The notes beneath the pieces were generated by a model that searched no databases, was not told where the DNA came from, and saw only the letters and a program-made list of their open reading frames with translations. Both the position numbers and the translations under genes were made by a program. Positions 32,580 through 45,137 of a stretch of DNA of 64,000 bases are shown piece by piece. Positions within the stretch are counted from its first letter, which is position 1, and each line of letters begins with the position of its first letter. The DNA lies in NCBI GenBank assembly GCA_000146045.2, contig BK006942.2, positions 375,889 to 439,888 on the forward strand, read 5' to 3'. The DNA comes from TPA_inf: Saccharomyces (taxonomy: Eukaryota).

Positions 32580-34487
32580 ATGGCTAACGACGCTCTAAGT
32601 GCTATTTTCAGTAATCCTTCGAGGAAAGGTGTCCAACCCTCCACATCTATTGTGTCATATACAAACAATGAAGATGATATTATAGATGTGGAAAATGGGA
32701 AGTTCAACAAGAACAAGAATATCAACACTAATGTGTATGTGGACAACTCCTCAATAGAGGAGAGCGAAGTCGTGCCCTTGCCCGAAACAAAGTCCATCTG
32801 GAGTAAAATATACTACGATTTCATTGTGTTAGACAAGACAACTTTGAATGTTTCGTTGAAAGAGTCGTTCTTGTATAACAGAGACTTGAAACCGGTTGAA
32901 GAAGAAAGAAGGTGTTGGTCCTGGTTCAATTACTTATATTTCTGGCTGGCAGACTGTTTCAATATTAACACATGGCAAATAGCTGGTACAGGTCTACAAC
33001 TAGGTCTGAATTGGTGGCAATGTTGGCTTACAGTTTGGATCGGCTACACTTTTGCAGGTATCTTCGTAGTATTGAACTCGAGATTTGGTTCCGCATATCA
33101 CTTATCTTTCCCTATTACTGTTAGGGCCTCATTTGGTATATTCTTTTCTATGTGGCCGATTATAAATCGTGTCGTGATGGCTATAGTATGGTATGCCGTG
33201 CAAGCCTGGTTAGGTGCAACGCCCGTGGCACTGATGCTAAAATCTATTTTTGGCAAGAATCTGGAAGATAGAATCCCAAACCATTTTGGTTCTCCAAATA
33301 GCACTACTTTTGAATTCATGTGTTTCTTTATATTTTGGGTGGTCAGTATACCATTTGTCCTAGTGGCTCCTCATAAAATCAGGCATTTATTCACAGTAAA
33401 AGCAGCTTTGATCCCCTTCGCAGCCTTTGGATTTTTAATCTGGGCTTTGAAGAAATCGCACGGTAAAATTGAGTTGGGGACGCTGAATGATTATTCACCT
33501 CATGGTTCCGAATTTTCATGGATATTCGTTAGATCCCTAATGGCCTGTGTTGCTAACTTTGCCGCTTTGATTATCAACGCCCCTGACTTCGGTAGATTTG
33601 CCAAAAATCCTCAAGCGTCTTTGTGGCCACAATTGGTTGCCATCCCATTGTTCTTCGCCATAACATGTTTGATCGGTATCATTGTTACTGCGGCCGGTTA
33701 TCACTTATATGGGGTTAACTATTGGTCACCACTGGATGTACTTGGTCAATTTTTGGAGACCACTTACACCAGAGGTACTAGGGCTGGTGTGTTCTTGATT
33801 TCTTTTGTATTTGCCTTAGCTCAACTGGGTACAAACATTTCTGCCAACTCTCTGGCATGTGGTGCTGATATGACGGCTTTGTTTCCAAGATATATTAATA
33901 TTAGAAGAGGTTCTTTATTCTGTGTGGCAATGGCTCTATGTATCTGTCCATGGAACTTAATGGCCAGTTCAAGTAAGTTCACCAGCGCTTTGGGTGCTTA
34001 TGCAATTTTCCTTTCCAGTATTGCTGGTGTCATTTGCGCGGATTATTTCGTAGTAAGAAGAGGATATGTGAAATTAACACATTTATTCCTGGCACAGAAG
34101 GGTTCCTTTTACATGTTTGGAAACAAATTTGGTGCCAATTGGAGGGCCTTTGTTGCGTATATTTGCGGTATCGCTCCAAATTTACCAGGTTTTATAGGTG
34201 ATGTTGGAGCTCCAAAAATTACGGTTTCAGAGGGTGCAATGAGGTTATACTATTTAGGTTATCCGGTAGGTTTCTTTATTAGTGCGGTGATATACCTCAT
34301 ATTATGTTACTTTTTTCCTGTCCCTGGTACTCCCGTAACCAATTTTCTGACAGAGAAAGGATGGTTCCAAAGATGGGCTTATGTTGAGGACTTCGAGCAA
34401 GATTGGAAGAATGAGTTACGTAGGGATGACCTCTGCGATGACACAGTCAGTATCTATGATGGCACCGAGGAAAAGATAGTTTACTAA
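32580..34487 (+). CDS. DAL4: Allantoin permease (NCS1 family transporter)
   Basis: 635 aa with about 12 TM segments. Resembles uracil/allantoin permeases. Confidence 0.9.
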   Translation: MANDALSAIFSNPSRKGVQPSTSIVSYTNNEDDIIDVENGKFNKNKNINTNVYVDNSSIEESEVVPLPETKSIWSKIYYDFIVLDKTTLNVSLKESFLYNRDLKPVEEERRCWSWFNYLYFWLADCFNINTWQIAGTGLQLGLNWWQCWLTVWIGYTFAGIFVVLNSRFGSAYHLSFPITVRASFGIFFSMWPIINRVVMAIVWYAVQAWLGATPVALMLKSIFGKNLEDRIPNHFGSPNSTTFEFMCFFIFWVVSIPFVLVAPHKIRHLFTVKAALIPFAAFGFLIWALKKSHGKIELGTLNDYSPHGSEFSWIFVRSLMACVANFAALIINAPDFGRFAKNPQASLWPQLVAIPLFFAITCLIGIIVTAAGYHLYGVNYWSPLDVLGQFLETTYTRGTRAGVFLISFVFALAQLGTNISANSLACGADMTALFPRYINIRRGSLFCVAMALCICPWNLMASSSKFTSALGAYAIFLSSIAGVICADYFVVRRGYVKLTHLFLAQKGSFYMFGNKFGANWRAFVAYICGIAPNLPGFIGDVGAPKITVSEGAMRLYYLGYPVGFFISAVIYLILCYFFPVPGTPVTNFLTEKGWFQRWAYVEDFEQDWKNELRRDDLCDDTVSIYDGTEEKIVY

Positions 34488-34918
34488 ATAAAAATCCCAA
34501 TTTATTCTCTTACCAGTAGTGATCAGGAGAATTGATAATTTCTTCAAAACACCTTAATATTCGTTCTGTGTATTTTTATGTACCTTTCTTAATCAAATTT
34601 ATCAGCTTCATACATGCATTCCCGTCTGAATAATGTACTGATGATTAGCTAAACCGTCATCAACCTACCAAACTTGCGCTTGTTTGAGCCTATCAGAACT
34701 CCGGATAATTCCGACATCTTATCTTTGACTCGAATTAGCGATAAGATAAAAACACAGGAACCACAATGAAATTCAGCTGGAAGAAAAGTCTAAATTATAG
34801 ACACATTTTCTGAGATCAAATGCTATAAAGGAATGGAAGTGCATTTTGCTATGATATGGGGAAATTATGAAGCCGATCAAACAATTAATTGTATCTAATC
34901 GGTCTCTTCTTTAGAAAA

Positions 34919-35950
34919 ATGAAGTTTTTTAGTTTGGCAGATGAGGCAGAATTTAAGTCAATAATCATTTCAAAAAACAAAGCAGTAGATGTTATAGGAT
35001 CTAAGTTAGGTGGTCAAGTGGTTTCTTTTTCAGATGAATGGTTTGCTTCTGCTGAAAATTTAATTCAGCCAACTGCTCCTATAAGGGATCCTACCAGATT
35101 TGTTCATTCAGGCGCATGGTACGACGGCTGGGAAACACGAAGACATAATGAGATGGAATACGATTGGGTTATCATCAAGATGGGAGTCGCTGCTGCCCAT
35201 ATTATTGGTGGTGAAATTGACACTGCGTTTTTCAATGGTAATCATGCACCATTTGTATCAATAGAGGCGCTCTATGACGAGGGCGAAGAAGGTAATATAG
35301 TGGAAGATGACTCGCGTTGGGTTGAGATTGTTGAGAAATTTGAGTGTGGTCCTTCGCAAAGGCATCTTTTCGTTAGAGGCAACGGCCTTACTAAAGAAAG
35401 GTTTACTCACATCAAGCTGAAGATGTACCCCGATGGAGGAATCGCCAGATTTAGATTATACGGAAGAGTTGTTCCTCCAGAACTCAAAACGAAGGATCAT
35501 ATAATTGACTTGGCTTATGTTTGCAATGGTGCTGTCGCTTTAAAGTATTCTGACCAACACTTCGGTTCAGTTGATAATTTGCTACTGCCAGGTCGAGGTC
35601 ATGATATGTCGGACGGCTGGGAAACCAAAAGATCGAGACAACCAGGTCATACTGATTGGGCGGTAATTCAACTGGGCAGGGAGTCTTCTTTCATTGAGAA
35701 GATTATTGTTGATACGGCACACTTCAGGGGGAACTTCCCTCAGTTCATTACCGTGGAAGGTTGCTTGAAGGAGTCAGAATCAAGTGAGAACACTGGTGAA
35801 GGAACATGGGTAGAGCTAGTTGGTAAGTCAAAGACGGGGCCTGACAAAGAACATGTGTATGAAATACGTAAGAGTATAAGAGTCTCCCATGTCAAATTAA
35901 CGATTATTCCAGATGGAGGAGTGAAAAGAATAAGAGTTTGGGGGTACTGA
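34919..35950 (+). CDS. DAL2: Allantoicase (duplicated allantoicase repeat)
   Basis: 343 aa from the second Met. An internal duplication is visible (GSKLGGQVVS.../GSVDNLLLPG...). GATAAGATAA and CTTATC lie upstream at about 34708..34748. Confidence 0.9.
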   Translation: MKFFSLADEAEFKSIIISKNKAVDVIGSKLGGQVVSFSDEWFASAENLIQPTAPIRDPTRFVHSGAWYDGWETRRHNEMEYDWVIIKMGVAAAHIIGGEIDTAFFNGNHAPFVSIEALYDEGEEGNIVEDDSRWVEIVEKFECGPSQRHLFVRGNGLTKERFTHIKLKMYPDGGIARFRLYGRVVPPELKTKDHIIDLAYVCNGAVALKYSDQHFGSVDNLLLPGRGHDMSDGWETKRSRQPGHTDWAVIQLGRESSFIEKIIVDTAHFRGNFPQFITVEGCLKESESSENTGEGTWVELVGKSKTGPDKEHVYEIRKSIRVSHVKLTIIPDGGVKRIRVWGY

Positions 35951-36147
35951 TAAATACTTAACTACTGTATATTTTAAACCAATGCACTCTTGGCACTTTA
36001 AAAGTAAAGGTATAAATGTAGTTAAAAGTTTTTGTTTTGATAATTGAATGTTTTCATTTCGCTATCCCCACGCTACTTTATTTACTTCTTCTTCTTCACG
36101 ACAAAACATTAAAATTTACACTCTATAAAAAACAATCATATTTCTAT

Positions 36148-36882
36148 TTATTTTTGTGAGTTGACAAATCTTATCATAGTGATTAGAATCTGTAAACCGA
36201 TCTCAATCGTGTCCAGAAACAGCGTGCCATCCCTTTGGAATGTTTTCGCCAGTTTATTTTGCAAACCCGAGAATCCTGCACAACCTAATATTACAATGTC
36301 TGAATCAAGCTTTTTAATATTTTCGCGATATATAATTTCTGCTATCTGCTGGAAATTTTCTGGACTATGTAGGTCGAGGACCTGTAAATCAGTAGATACC
36401 GTACCTTTCCATAAATTTTTGTTAACTGTATTCCCTGTCAAGAATTTCGATTCCACAGAGTTATTCAATATTGGAATCCATTCTTTATTTGAAGTAATAA
36501 TAGAGAACTTCTTTCCAACCAAATTGCAATAATTAATACTACTATCTAATAACCCAACAATAGAAACATCTGCTTTTTCTTTAGCAGCTCTATCCTTTAT
36601 CTTTGCTACCAAAGGATGATCTGAAAAACAGGCAATTAATATCCCGTTGAATTTCTGAAAGTAATATACCGACTCCTGGTCATCAATTAAGAGGGGAAGA
36701 CAGGCCTCCATACTTTTAATACTTGTTTCCTGCCCATCAATTTGTGGTGGCGACGTGTCTGGCCCTGTGAAATAACTGATTTTACATGATTCCATTGAAA
36801 AAGTCTTTTCAATGGTTTCCCGCAAGGACACCGTCATTGACTTCGAACTATTAGGATTCACAACAAGTATTCTTGTTTCCAT
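36148..36882 (-). CDS. DCG1: Dal80-controlled gene product, Asp/Glu-hydantoin racemase-like
   Basis: 244 aa. Length and position match YIR030C within the DAL cluster. Confidence 0.8.
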   Translation of the reverse strand: METRILVVNPNSSKSMTVSLRETIEKTFSMESCKISYFTGPDTSPPQIDGQETSIKSMEACLPLLIDDQESVYYFQKFNGILIACFSDHPLVAKIKDRAAKEKADVSIVGLLDSSINYCNLVGKKFSIITSNKEWIPILNNSVESKFLTGNTVNKNLWKGTVSTDLQVLDLHSPENFQQIAEIIYRENIKKLDSDIVILGCAGFSGLQNKLAKTFQRDGTLFLDTIEIGLQILITMIRFVNSQK

Positions 36883-37126
36883 CGTTCGATAATTTGCTTA
36901 GCTAGTTTTTCTTTGTTCTTTTGATTTTCCTGAGGTAAGAATTAGTAATTCAGTTTCCTTACATATTCTCGCTTCAAAGGCTTAAATATGATCTGGCATG
37001 GAGAAAAAATATGAGTTCAATTTGTCATACCTTATCAGGCCTTATCAGCTCAAATTTGATTGGATTATGCGTTAAAACAGCGCCTAAAATTCTTCGAATA
37101 TTCGTCAGGTTATGTACGTATACATT

Positions 37127-38791
37127 CTATAATTTACTTAAGTCAACTGGTTTGGCACTTGGCTTAATAATTTCATCATACAATAAAGTGGTCAAGAAGT
37201 CGCTAAAGATTTTACCAGTGACTTCAGGCAAAAAATACTTGGCTGCCAAGGCAAACTTGTTCTTTTCACCCAGCGGACTTGCTGAAGCCAATTTTGCAGT
37301 CTCTTCATTTAATATCTTAGCGGTCAATTCTGGAGTTACTTTGTCACCGGTATCACTTAAGACAACACCATGTTTAACCCACTGGTACAATTGACAACGT
37401 GATACTTCCGCAGTAGCGGCATCTTCCATCAAATGATTAATTGGGACACAACCAGATCCCCTTAACCAAGCCTCCATATATTGTAGGCCAATATCCAAGT
37501 TTACTCTGATTCCCTCAGTAGTGACTTGAGCATCTTGAATCTTCGTATTCAATAAATCAGATGATGTAACATGTACATCCGGGACAAAATATATTTGATT
37601 TGCTGTACCCATGTTACTGAAAACTTCATTACAAATCGGTGCCAATGCTGGGTGTGCTACCCATGACCCATCATGCCCATTCTTCATTTCTCTAATTTTG
37701 TCATTACGAACTTTGTTCATTGCAGCTTCATTAGCCTTTGGATCATCTTTTATGGGGATTTGGGCAGCCATACCACCCATCGCATGGACCCCTCTACGGT
37801 GACATGTATTGATCAATCTTTTCACATAAGCATCCATAAAAGGTGAAGTCATAGTCACTAGATCCCTATTTGGCAAAACGTGTTCAGGCAAGTTTCTCAG
37901 TTTTTTAATGGTCGAAAATATGTAGTCCCAACGACCACAGTTCAAACCGCTTGAATGTTCTCTTATTTGATAGATAATCTCCTCCATTTGGAAGGCCGCT
38001 GGCAAAGTTTCAATCAGAACAGTGGCCCTAATGGTACCGCGGGGCATTCCAATAAAATCTTGTGCAACACAGAATATGTCATTCCATAGTTTTACCTCCA
38101 TATGGTGCTCCATCTTTGGTAAGTAAAAATAAGGTCCTTTACCAATTTTAACTAACTCTTTAGCGTTATGGTAAAAATATAAACCAAAATCGAAGATGGA
38201 AGCACTAATCGGTTCATCATCTATGTAAAGGTGCTTCTCCACCATGTGCCAGCCACGAGGTCTGACAATTAAAGTGGGCAGTCTTGAAATGTCATCCTTC
38301 AACCTGTACTCCTTTCTTGGTGTCTTGAAATCGATTTGATTTCTAATGGCATCATAAAGATTAACTTGTCCGTAAATCATGTTCTCCCAAGTTGGAGATG
38401 AAGAGTCCTCGAAATCAGTCATATATGTCGTTACTTCAGCATTCAAAGCGTTGACTAACATATTTCTCAATGGTGGCCCAGTAATCTCGCTGGATCTGTT
38501 GATCAAACCAGGGGCTGGGATAGCACCTTGCCATGTAGGATCGTTCCTGATTTGTTCGGTTTCCGGCAAGAAATCAAATCGGTATTCACCAGAGTCTAAC
38601 TTTGATTGTAAATTGCTTCTGTTGGCTAAAAGCTGTTTCCGTGTTGAATTGAAAGTTCTATGCAGCAAAACAATGAACTCTAAGGCATCTTTTGTTAAAA
38701 TATCAGCTACAGTAGTTTTGGAAGGTTCAAATTGAGGAGTCGTGTCGATGTCTGCGTATAGAGCAGTGTTGTCCAAGCTTATCTTCACCAT
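37127..38791 (-). CDS. DAL7: Malate synthase (allantoin pathway isozyme)
   Basis: 554 aa. Has conserved malate synthase motifs and a C-terminal SKL peroxisomal targeting signal. Confidence 0.95.
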   Translation of the reverse strand: MVKISLDNTALYADIDTTPQFEPSKTTVADILTKDALEFIVLLHRTFNSTRKQLLANRSNLQSKLDSGEYRFDFLPETEQIRNDPTWQGAIPAPGLINRSSEITGPPLRNMLVNALNAEVTTYMTDFEDSSSPTWENMIYGQVNLYDAIRNQIDFKTPRKEYRLKDDISRLPTLIVRPRGWHMVEKHLYIDDEPISASIFDFGLYFYHNAKELVKIGKGPYFYLPKMEHHMEVKLWNDIFCVAQDFIGMPRGTIRATVLIETLPAAFQMEEIIYQIREHSSGLNCGRWDYIFSTIKKLRNLPEHVLPNRDLVTMTSPFMDAYVKRLINTCHRRGVHAMGGMAAQIPIKDDPKANEAAMNKVRNDKIREMKNGHDGSWVAHPALAPICNEVFSNMGTANQIYFVPDVHVTSSDLLNTKIQDAQVTTEGIRVNLDIGLQYMEAWLRGSGCVPINHLMEDAATAEVSRCQLYQWVKHGVVLSDTGDKVTPELTAKILNEETAKLASASPLGEKNKFALAAKYFLPEVTGKIFSDFLTTLLYDEIIKPSAKPVDLSKL

Positions 38792-39007
38792 TGTTCAGTG
38801 CTCTTTACCGTGCCTATGACACATACTCTAAGTGATATCAACTGCACAGAAAGTGAAGAATTAAGACTACATGCGTAAATGTCCCCATTTTATACTTATT
38901 GCTTCACCAATTGACGAAACTATCCAATCTTTGTGATACTTTCACGATGTACCTTATCCAAGATAAGCCAAAACTTATGAAATTCAATTTATGTGATAAG
39001 AAAAGCA

Positions 39008-39019
39008 AACGCAATTTTC
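39008..39019 (-). promoter_or_regulatory. UIS-ALL element (GAAAATTGCGTT in the gene orientation), the Dal82/Dal81-dependent inducer element, in the DAL7 promoter
   Basis: Exact 12-mer AACGCAATTTTC on the + strand is the reverse complement of the UIS consensus. It is flanked by GATAAG/CTTATC sites at 38953, 38962 and 38993. Confidence 0.7.
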
Positions 39020-39141
39020 CAAAATCCGCGGTATTCTATCGCACCGCAACTTTCAGCGGAGATTTTATGTCGATAATCGTAAACCTATGAAATTACTAAT
39101 ACATGAACATTTACATATTTACTTCGCCCACAGTCGCAGAA

Positions 39142-39729
39142 TTAGATGATAATACAAACGTCGCCATCGCTGTAGTGTTCTTCCACACAGTCCTTCTCGG
39201 GCCTGTCAGGGTCCAGACTTTCGTAGATTAAGACTGAAAAATCCAAATGTTCTTCCTTGCCAAGTACTATCATGGGCGCATGCCAGGTACCTAAGCCATA
39301 GGTAACGGCCTGATTACCCAAACATGTAAAAGCCCTCAACGTAGACAAGTCTGGCTTATTTCCAATTTCTTTAGCGACTACTACCAAGTATGCTACTTCC
39401 GCTGACGTTCTCCCCATAGGCACAAACGTCTGCGTACTACACGGATGCTTTTCGAGGACTTTGATAGAATGAGAAATCGCCTGATTGGAGCCTTGAGTGA
39501 ATACTCTATTCAGGTGCGGCTGTGGAAAGCAACGGAATAGGTTCCAATTGGGAACTTTACTGGTAGATTTATTCTCTACCTGGCTTACTTGAAGCAATTT
39601 GATCGCTGTTCCCTGGTTTGCACCTTTTTCAAGGTTTTGCATCCTTGAAATCTCTTCATCTGGCGAAATTATCGTCCCATACTCCTCGAAGGACTCTTTC
39701 GTCAATGTCTCCGCCACCACGGTCACCAT
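39142..39729 (-). CDS. DAL3: Ureidoglycolate lyase (ureidoglycolate hydrolase)
   Basis: 195 aa. Last gene of the DAL cluster. GATAAG at 39753 and CTTATCTTATC at about 39880 lie in its promoter. Confidence 0.85.
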   Translation of the reverse strand: MVTVVAETLTKESFEEYGTIISPDEEISRMQNLEKGANQGTAIKLLQVSQVENKSTSKVPNWNLFRCFPQPHLNRVFTQGSNQAISHSIKVLEKHPCSTQTFVPMGRTSAEVAYLVVVAKEIGNKPDLSTLRAFTCLGNQAVTYGLGTWHAPMIVLGKEEHLDFSVLIYESLDPDRPEKDCVEEHYSDGDVCIII

Positions 39730-40235
39730 ATCTTTGCTTCAAAGATTTTTTGCCCTACAAGATAAGCATCAAGAGCGATTGGATGACAGTTACTGACTTA
39801 TATATGCGAATGCACATGAATAGACCGCATATGCTTCTTATCAGTCTTACCTCGCTTATCTTTCCCCATTTATTTGCCAATCCATCTTATCTTATCTGGC
39901 ACTTTGTCTCAGGGTTAGTGTTACAAAAAGGCTAGGACTTATTTCCAAAATTCTACTTTTGAAAATAACCCTAACAATAAAAGCAAGGGCATTCTGATGT
40001 TACCCTAGAAATGTCGTATTTCTTTTTATATCGTGGATCATGACAAAAAACTCAACATTTTCAAATGGGTGAGCTCTAAACCAGAAAATACAGCCGCCGA
40101 AAGCCTTTTAAAAGGACAGCGGCGCTTGATCAACAGTCGTTCTTGGGGTCGTTAAGACTAGATCCTGCTTCCCCCCCTTATTGTGCATTTAAAGGCACTT
40201 ATTGAAGGTCATTTTGGCGAACAGAACATTTCGTT

Positions 40236-43200
40236 ATGCAGCAGAACAGTGAGTTCTTAACGGAAACACCTGGAAGCGACCCTCATATATCTCAATTGCA
40301 CGCGAATAGCGTAATGGAATCACAGCTCTTGGACGATTTCCTCCTGAACGGGTCTCCCATGTACCAGGATGATAGCATGGCGCATATTAATATTGATGAG
40401 GGTGCTAATTTCCAAAATTTTATCAAGACAGATGAGGGTGATTCGCCCAACCTGTTGTCTTTCGAAGGTATCGGTAACAATACTCATGTCAACCAAAACG
40501 TGTCCACTCCACTGGAGGAGGAAATGGAAAGTAACAGAGCCTTGAAGGAGGAAGAAGAGGACGAGCATGAAAATAAGGTTTTTAATGAAAAAAATATAGG
40601 CAACCCTGCTCATGACGAGATTGTATTTGGAAGAAAGGAGACGATTCAATCTGTTTACATAAATCCTTTAGATTACCTTAAAGTGAACGCAGCGCAGCTA
40701 CCTTTGGATGTAGAGGTCTCAGGTTTGCCACAAGTATCTAGAGTGGAAAATCAACTGAAACTGAAAGTGAAAATTACGTCTGAAACACCACTAAACCAAA
40801 GCATGCTTTACTTGCCTAGCGATTCCATTTCAAGAGAAAAGTTTTATTTAAAAAAAAATATCGAGGATTTTTCAGAAGACTTCAAGAAAAATCTTCTGTA
40901 CATCAATGCGTTTGTTCTATGTGCGGTCAGCAACAGAACGACAAATGTTTGTACCAAGTGTGTTAAGCGAGAACAAAGAAGAGCCGCTAGAAGGAAATCA
41001 GGTATTGCAGACAATTTACTCTGGTGTAATAATATTAATAGAAGGTTAGTCGTGTTCAATAACAAACAGGTTTTCCCCATAATGAAAACTTTCGATAATG
41101 TTAAGGAGTTTGAATTAACTACCAGGCTAGTTTGTTATTGCAGGCACCATAAGGCAAATAATGGCTTTGTCATATTATTCACTATAACAGATTGGCAAAA
41201 TAGACTGTTGGGTAAGTTTACGACAACACCTATTATGATCACGGATAGAAAACCAGCAAATATGGATACCACCAAGTTTAATAACACTACTACCTCGTCC
41301 AGAAGGCAGCTAACGGAAGAAGAATCTACCACAGAATATTATTCAACGGATAACAACCAATTGAGCAAAGACGAAAATATGCCATTTCAATATACTTATC
41401 AACACAACCCATATGATAATGACAGTCAAATGAATAATATTCCACTGAAAGACAAAAACGTACCATTCCCATATTCCATCTCTCAACAGACAGATTTGCT
41501 TCAGAACAATAACTTATCACTGAACCTTTCTCTGCCCAATCAGCATATTCCATCACCAACATCTATGAGCGAAGAAGGCTCAGAATCATTTAACTATCAT
41601 CATCGCGATAATGACAATCCCGTCCGTACTATCTCTTTGACAAATATTGAACAACAGAGTCAATTGAACCAACGGAAAAGAGCACGCAATAATTTGGAAA
41701 ATGACATTGGTAAACCCCTATTCAAGCATTCCTTTTCAAATTCAATCAGTGCAACAAATACGATGAATCCAGCTTTACATTCAATGCAAGATTTCTCAAT
41801 GAAAAACAACAACAATAATTTGCCATCAATTAATCGCGTTATACCTTCACAAGGCCCAATCAATGGTGGTATCGAAGTTACATTACTGGGTTGTAACTTC
41901 AAAGATGGTCTTTCTGTAAAGTTCGGCTCTAATCTTGCCCTTTCTACGCAATGCTGGAGTGAGACCACGATCGTCACTTATCTCCCTCCCGCTGCCTACG
42001 CGGGTCAAGTTTTCGTCTCTATTACTGATACGAATAATGAAAATAATAACGATGACCTTCCCCAAGAAATTGAGATCAATGACAATAAAAAGGCCATATT
42101 TACCTATGTTGATGATACTGATAGGCAACTGATTGAATTGGCTTTGCAAATTGTGGGATTAAAAATGAATGGTAAGTTAGAAGATGCAAGAAATATCGCG
42201 AAGAGGATTGTTGGCAATGATTCTCCTGATAGCGGTACAAATGGCAACAGCTGTTCAAAAAGCACAGGTCCCTCTCCAAACCAACACAGTATGAATCTGA
42301 ACACAAGTGTTCTTTACTCCGATGAAGTCTTGATACAAAAAGTTATAAAATCATTGAACATAAATTCCAATATTTCCATATGTGATTCATTAGGGAGAAC
42401 TTTATTACATCTTGCCTGTTTGAAAAATTACTCAAGCCTTGTGTATACATTGATTAAAAAGGGTGCTCGTGTTAACGATATTGATTCCTTTGGGCTAACT
42501 CCATTACATTTTGCTTGCATAAGTGGTGACCCTAAAATTATTAAGATGCTTTTAAATTGTAAAGTAAATTATTCACTGAGGTCACACAACGGATTAACTG
42601 CAAGAGAAGTATTCATAGCAAACCACATTCATTCAAAGGAAATAGACAAAAAACAAGATAACAGAGACAACCATAAGTTTGTTCATAATGACACTTATAT
42701 CAGCGAAGTATTGTCATTGTTTGAAGAATTCCAAAACGGTACGAAGTTTACCGATAGTGTAGAAACAGACAGTAATTATTCTATTAGCAGGAAATATTCA
42801 CAATCCAGTTTCAATTCAAGCCTGCTAGACAATGAATCTTTGAATGAGAACTTATTCGAAAGCCAAAGCATGATAAATCCCACTTCTATGGAGATTCAGC
42901 ATCCAACCTTGCAACTATTTGAGAATTCAAGTTACTCTGAGTACGACCAAAGTGATTTCGAAGAAGACGGGGATGAAGATCTGTTCGTCACTGACGAAGT
43001 AGAAAAACCAGGTGTTGCATGCAGGGAGGAACAAAGCGAACTCCTTGATATTGGATCTAGCGCCAACGAACCCGAAGAGGATAATGGTAGTACATCTCTC
43101 TGGAATAGAGTTTTACATCGAATTAATGATGACTTACCAAAATATGAGGATCTGTTCCCGTTGTCTTGGGGTAAAGATGATAAATTGAAAACCACAAATC

Positions 43201-43577
43201 AAGACAGTATTGTGGAGCAGTCAGCATCTAATATTGAAAACTCTGAAAATTCGGAGGAAGAGGATTATGAGGAAGAGGAAGAATTTTTGAAAAAACAGTT
43301 TAACAGATTCTTCCAAAACAAACAAAACTTCCGAAATGATAAAATGTTAATATTTTTCTGGATACCCTTAACACTACTACTTTTGACATGGTTCATCATG
43401 TACAAATTTGGCAACCAAGATAGTTCCATCAATCATATAAGCGAATTAATCTCAGAGTACTTGAGAATTGCATTAGCAAAGTTCTTGCTGGGAAATGAAA
43501 GGATGAAAACTGCATTCAGGTCAAAATTATCAAACCTGCAAACAACAAGAATGTTGAACGATTTAATTGTCAGTTAG
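40236..43577 (+). CDS. MGA2: ER-membrane-tethered transcription factor regulating OLE1 (IPT/TIG domain, ankyrin repeats, C-terminal TM anchor)
   Basis: 1113 aa. Has an IPT-like region, ankyrin repeats (LLHLACLKNYSSLVYTLIKKGARVND...), and a C-terminal hydrophobic anchor (IFFWIPLTLLLLTWFIMY). Confidence 0.9.
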   Translation: MQQNSEFLTETPGSDPHISQLHANSVMESQLLDDFLLNGSPMYQDDSMAHINIDEGANFQNFIKTDEGDSPNLLSFEGIGNNTHVNQNVSTPLEEEMESNRALKEEEEDEHENKVFNEKNIGNPAHDEIVFGRKETIQSVYINPLDYLKVNAAQLPLDVEVSGLPQVSRVENQLKLKVKITSETPLNQSMLYLPSDSISREKFYLKKNIEDFSEDFKKNLLYINAFVLCAVSNRTTNVCTKCVKREQRRAARRKSGIADNLLWCNNINRRLVVFNNKQVFPIMKTFDNVKEFELTTRLVCYCRHHKANNGFVILFTITDWQNRLLGKFTTTPIMITDRKPANMDTTKFNNTTTSSRRQLTEEESTTEYYSTDNNQLSKDENMPFQYTYQHNPYDNDSQMNNIPLKDKNVPFPYSISQQTDLLQNNNLSLNLSLPNQHIPSPTSMSEEGSESFNYHHRDNDNPVRTISLTNIEQQSQLNQRKRARNNLENDIGKPLFKHSFSNSISATNTMNPALHSMQDFSMKNNNNNLPSINRVIPSQGPINGGIEVTLLGCNFKDGLSVKFGSNLALSTQCWSETTIVTYLPPAAYAGQVFVSITDTNNENNNDDLPQEIEINDNKKAIFTYVDDTDRQLIELALQIVGLKMNGKLEDARNIAKRIVGNDSPDSGTNGNSCSKSTGPSPNQHSMNLNTSVLYSDEVLIQKVIKSLNINSNISICDSLGRTLLHLACLKNYSSLVYTLIKKGARVNDIDSFGLTPLHFACISGDPKIIKMLLNCKVNYSLRSHNGLTAREVFIANHIHSKEIDKKQDNRDNHKFVHNDTYISEVLSLFEEFQNGTKFTDSVETDSNYSISRKYSQSSFNSSLLDNESLNENLFESQSMINPTSMEIQHPTLQLFENSSYSEYDQSDFEEDGDEDLFVTDEVEKPGVACREEQSELLDIGSSANEPEEDNGSTSLWNRVLHRINDDLPKYEDLFPLSWGKDDKLKTTNQDSIVEQSASNIENSENSEEEDYEEEEEFLKKQFNRFFQNKQNFRNDKMLIFFWIPLTLLLLTWFIMYKFGNQDSSINHISELISEYLRIALAKFLLGNERMKTAFRSKLSNLQTTRMLNDLIVS

Positions 43578-43726
43578 TCTGCTTTTTTACGTATATATAT
43601 ATATATATGTGTGTATAATGAAAAGACAGTACACTTAAAAGAAGAGAAAGTCATTTAAAAAAAGTCAAAAAAAAATTAAACTTGTAAATGTCAGCGTAAC
43701 GATAATGTATATACTTTAAATGTAAA

Positions 43727-44884
<1,158 letters not shown>

Positions 44885-45035
44885 TTATCTTATGGTATGC
44901 CTCCTAAAATACCAGTTTCCGTCAGGGAAGATGGGCTTTTTATATATTTCATCGTGGTTTCTCGAGGATGACTTTATGACTCTTTGTCGCTGAAATCGCA
45001 GGGGAATTTTGGCGGTTGAGAGCGGAATTCCAAAT

Positions 45036-45044
45036 TCCGCTGGA
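45036..45044. promoter_or_regulatory. Lys14 site TCCGCTGGA (TCCRNYGGA) in the LYS1 promoter. A Gcn4 element ATGACTC lies at 44976..44982.
   Basis: Exact consensus matches, about 190 bp and about 130 bp upstream of the LYS1 ATG. Confidence 0.55.
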
Positions 45045-45137
45045 AAAAAAAAATAATAATGCAAAATGTATAAATGTATAAGAGTCTTTTTTGACTCATC
45101 GACTTAGTATGTAACAATTTATATGTACCTGCTATCC

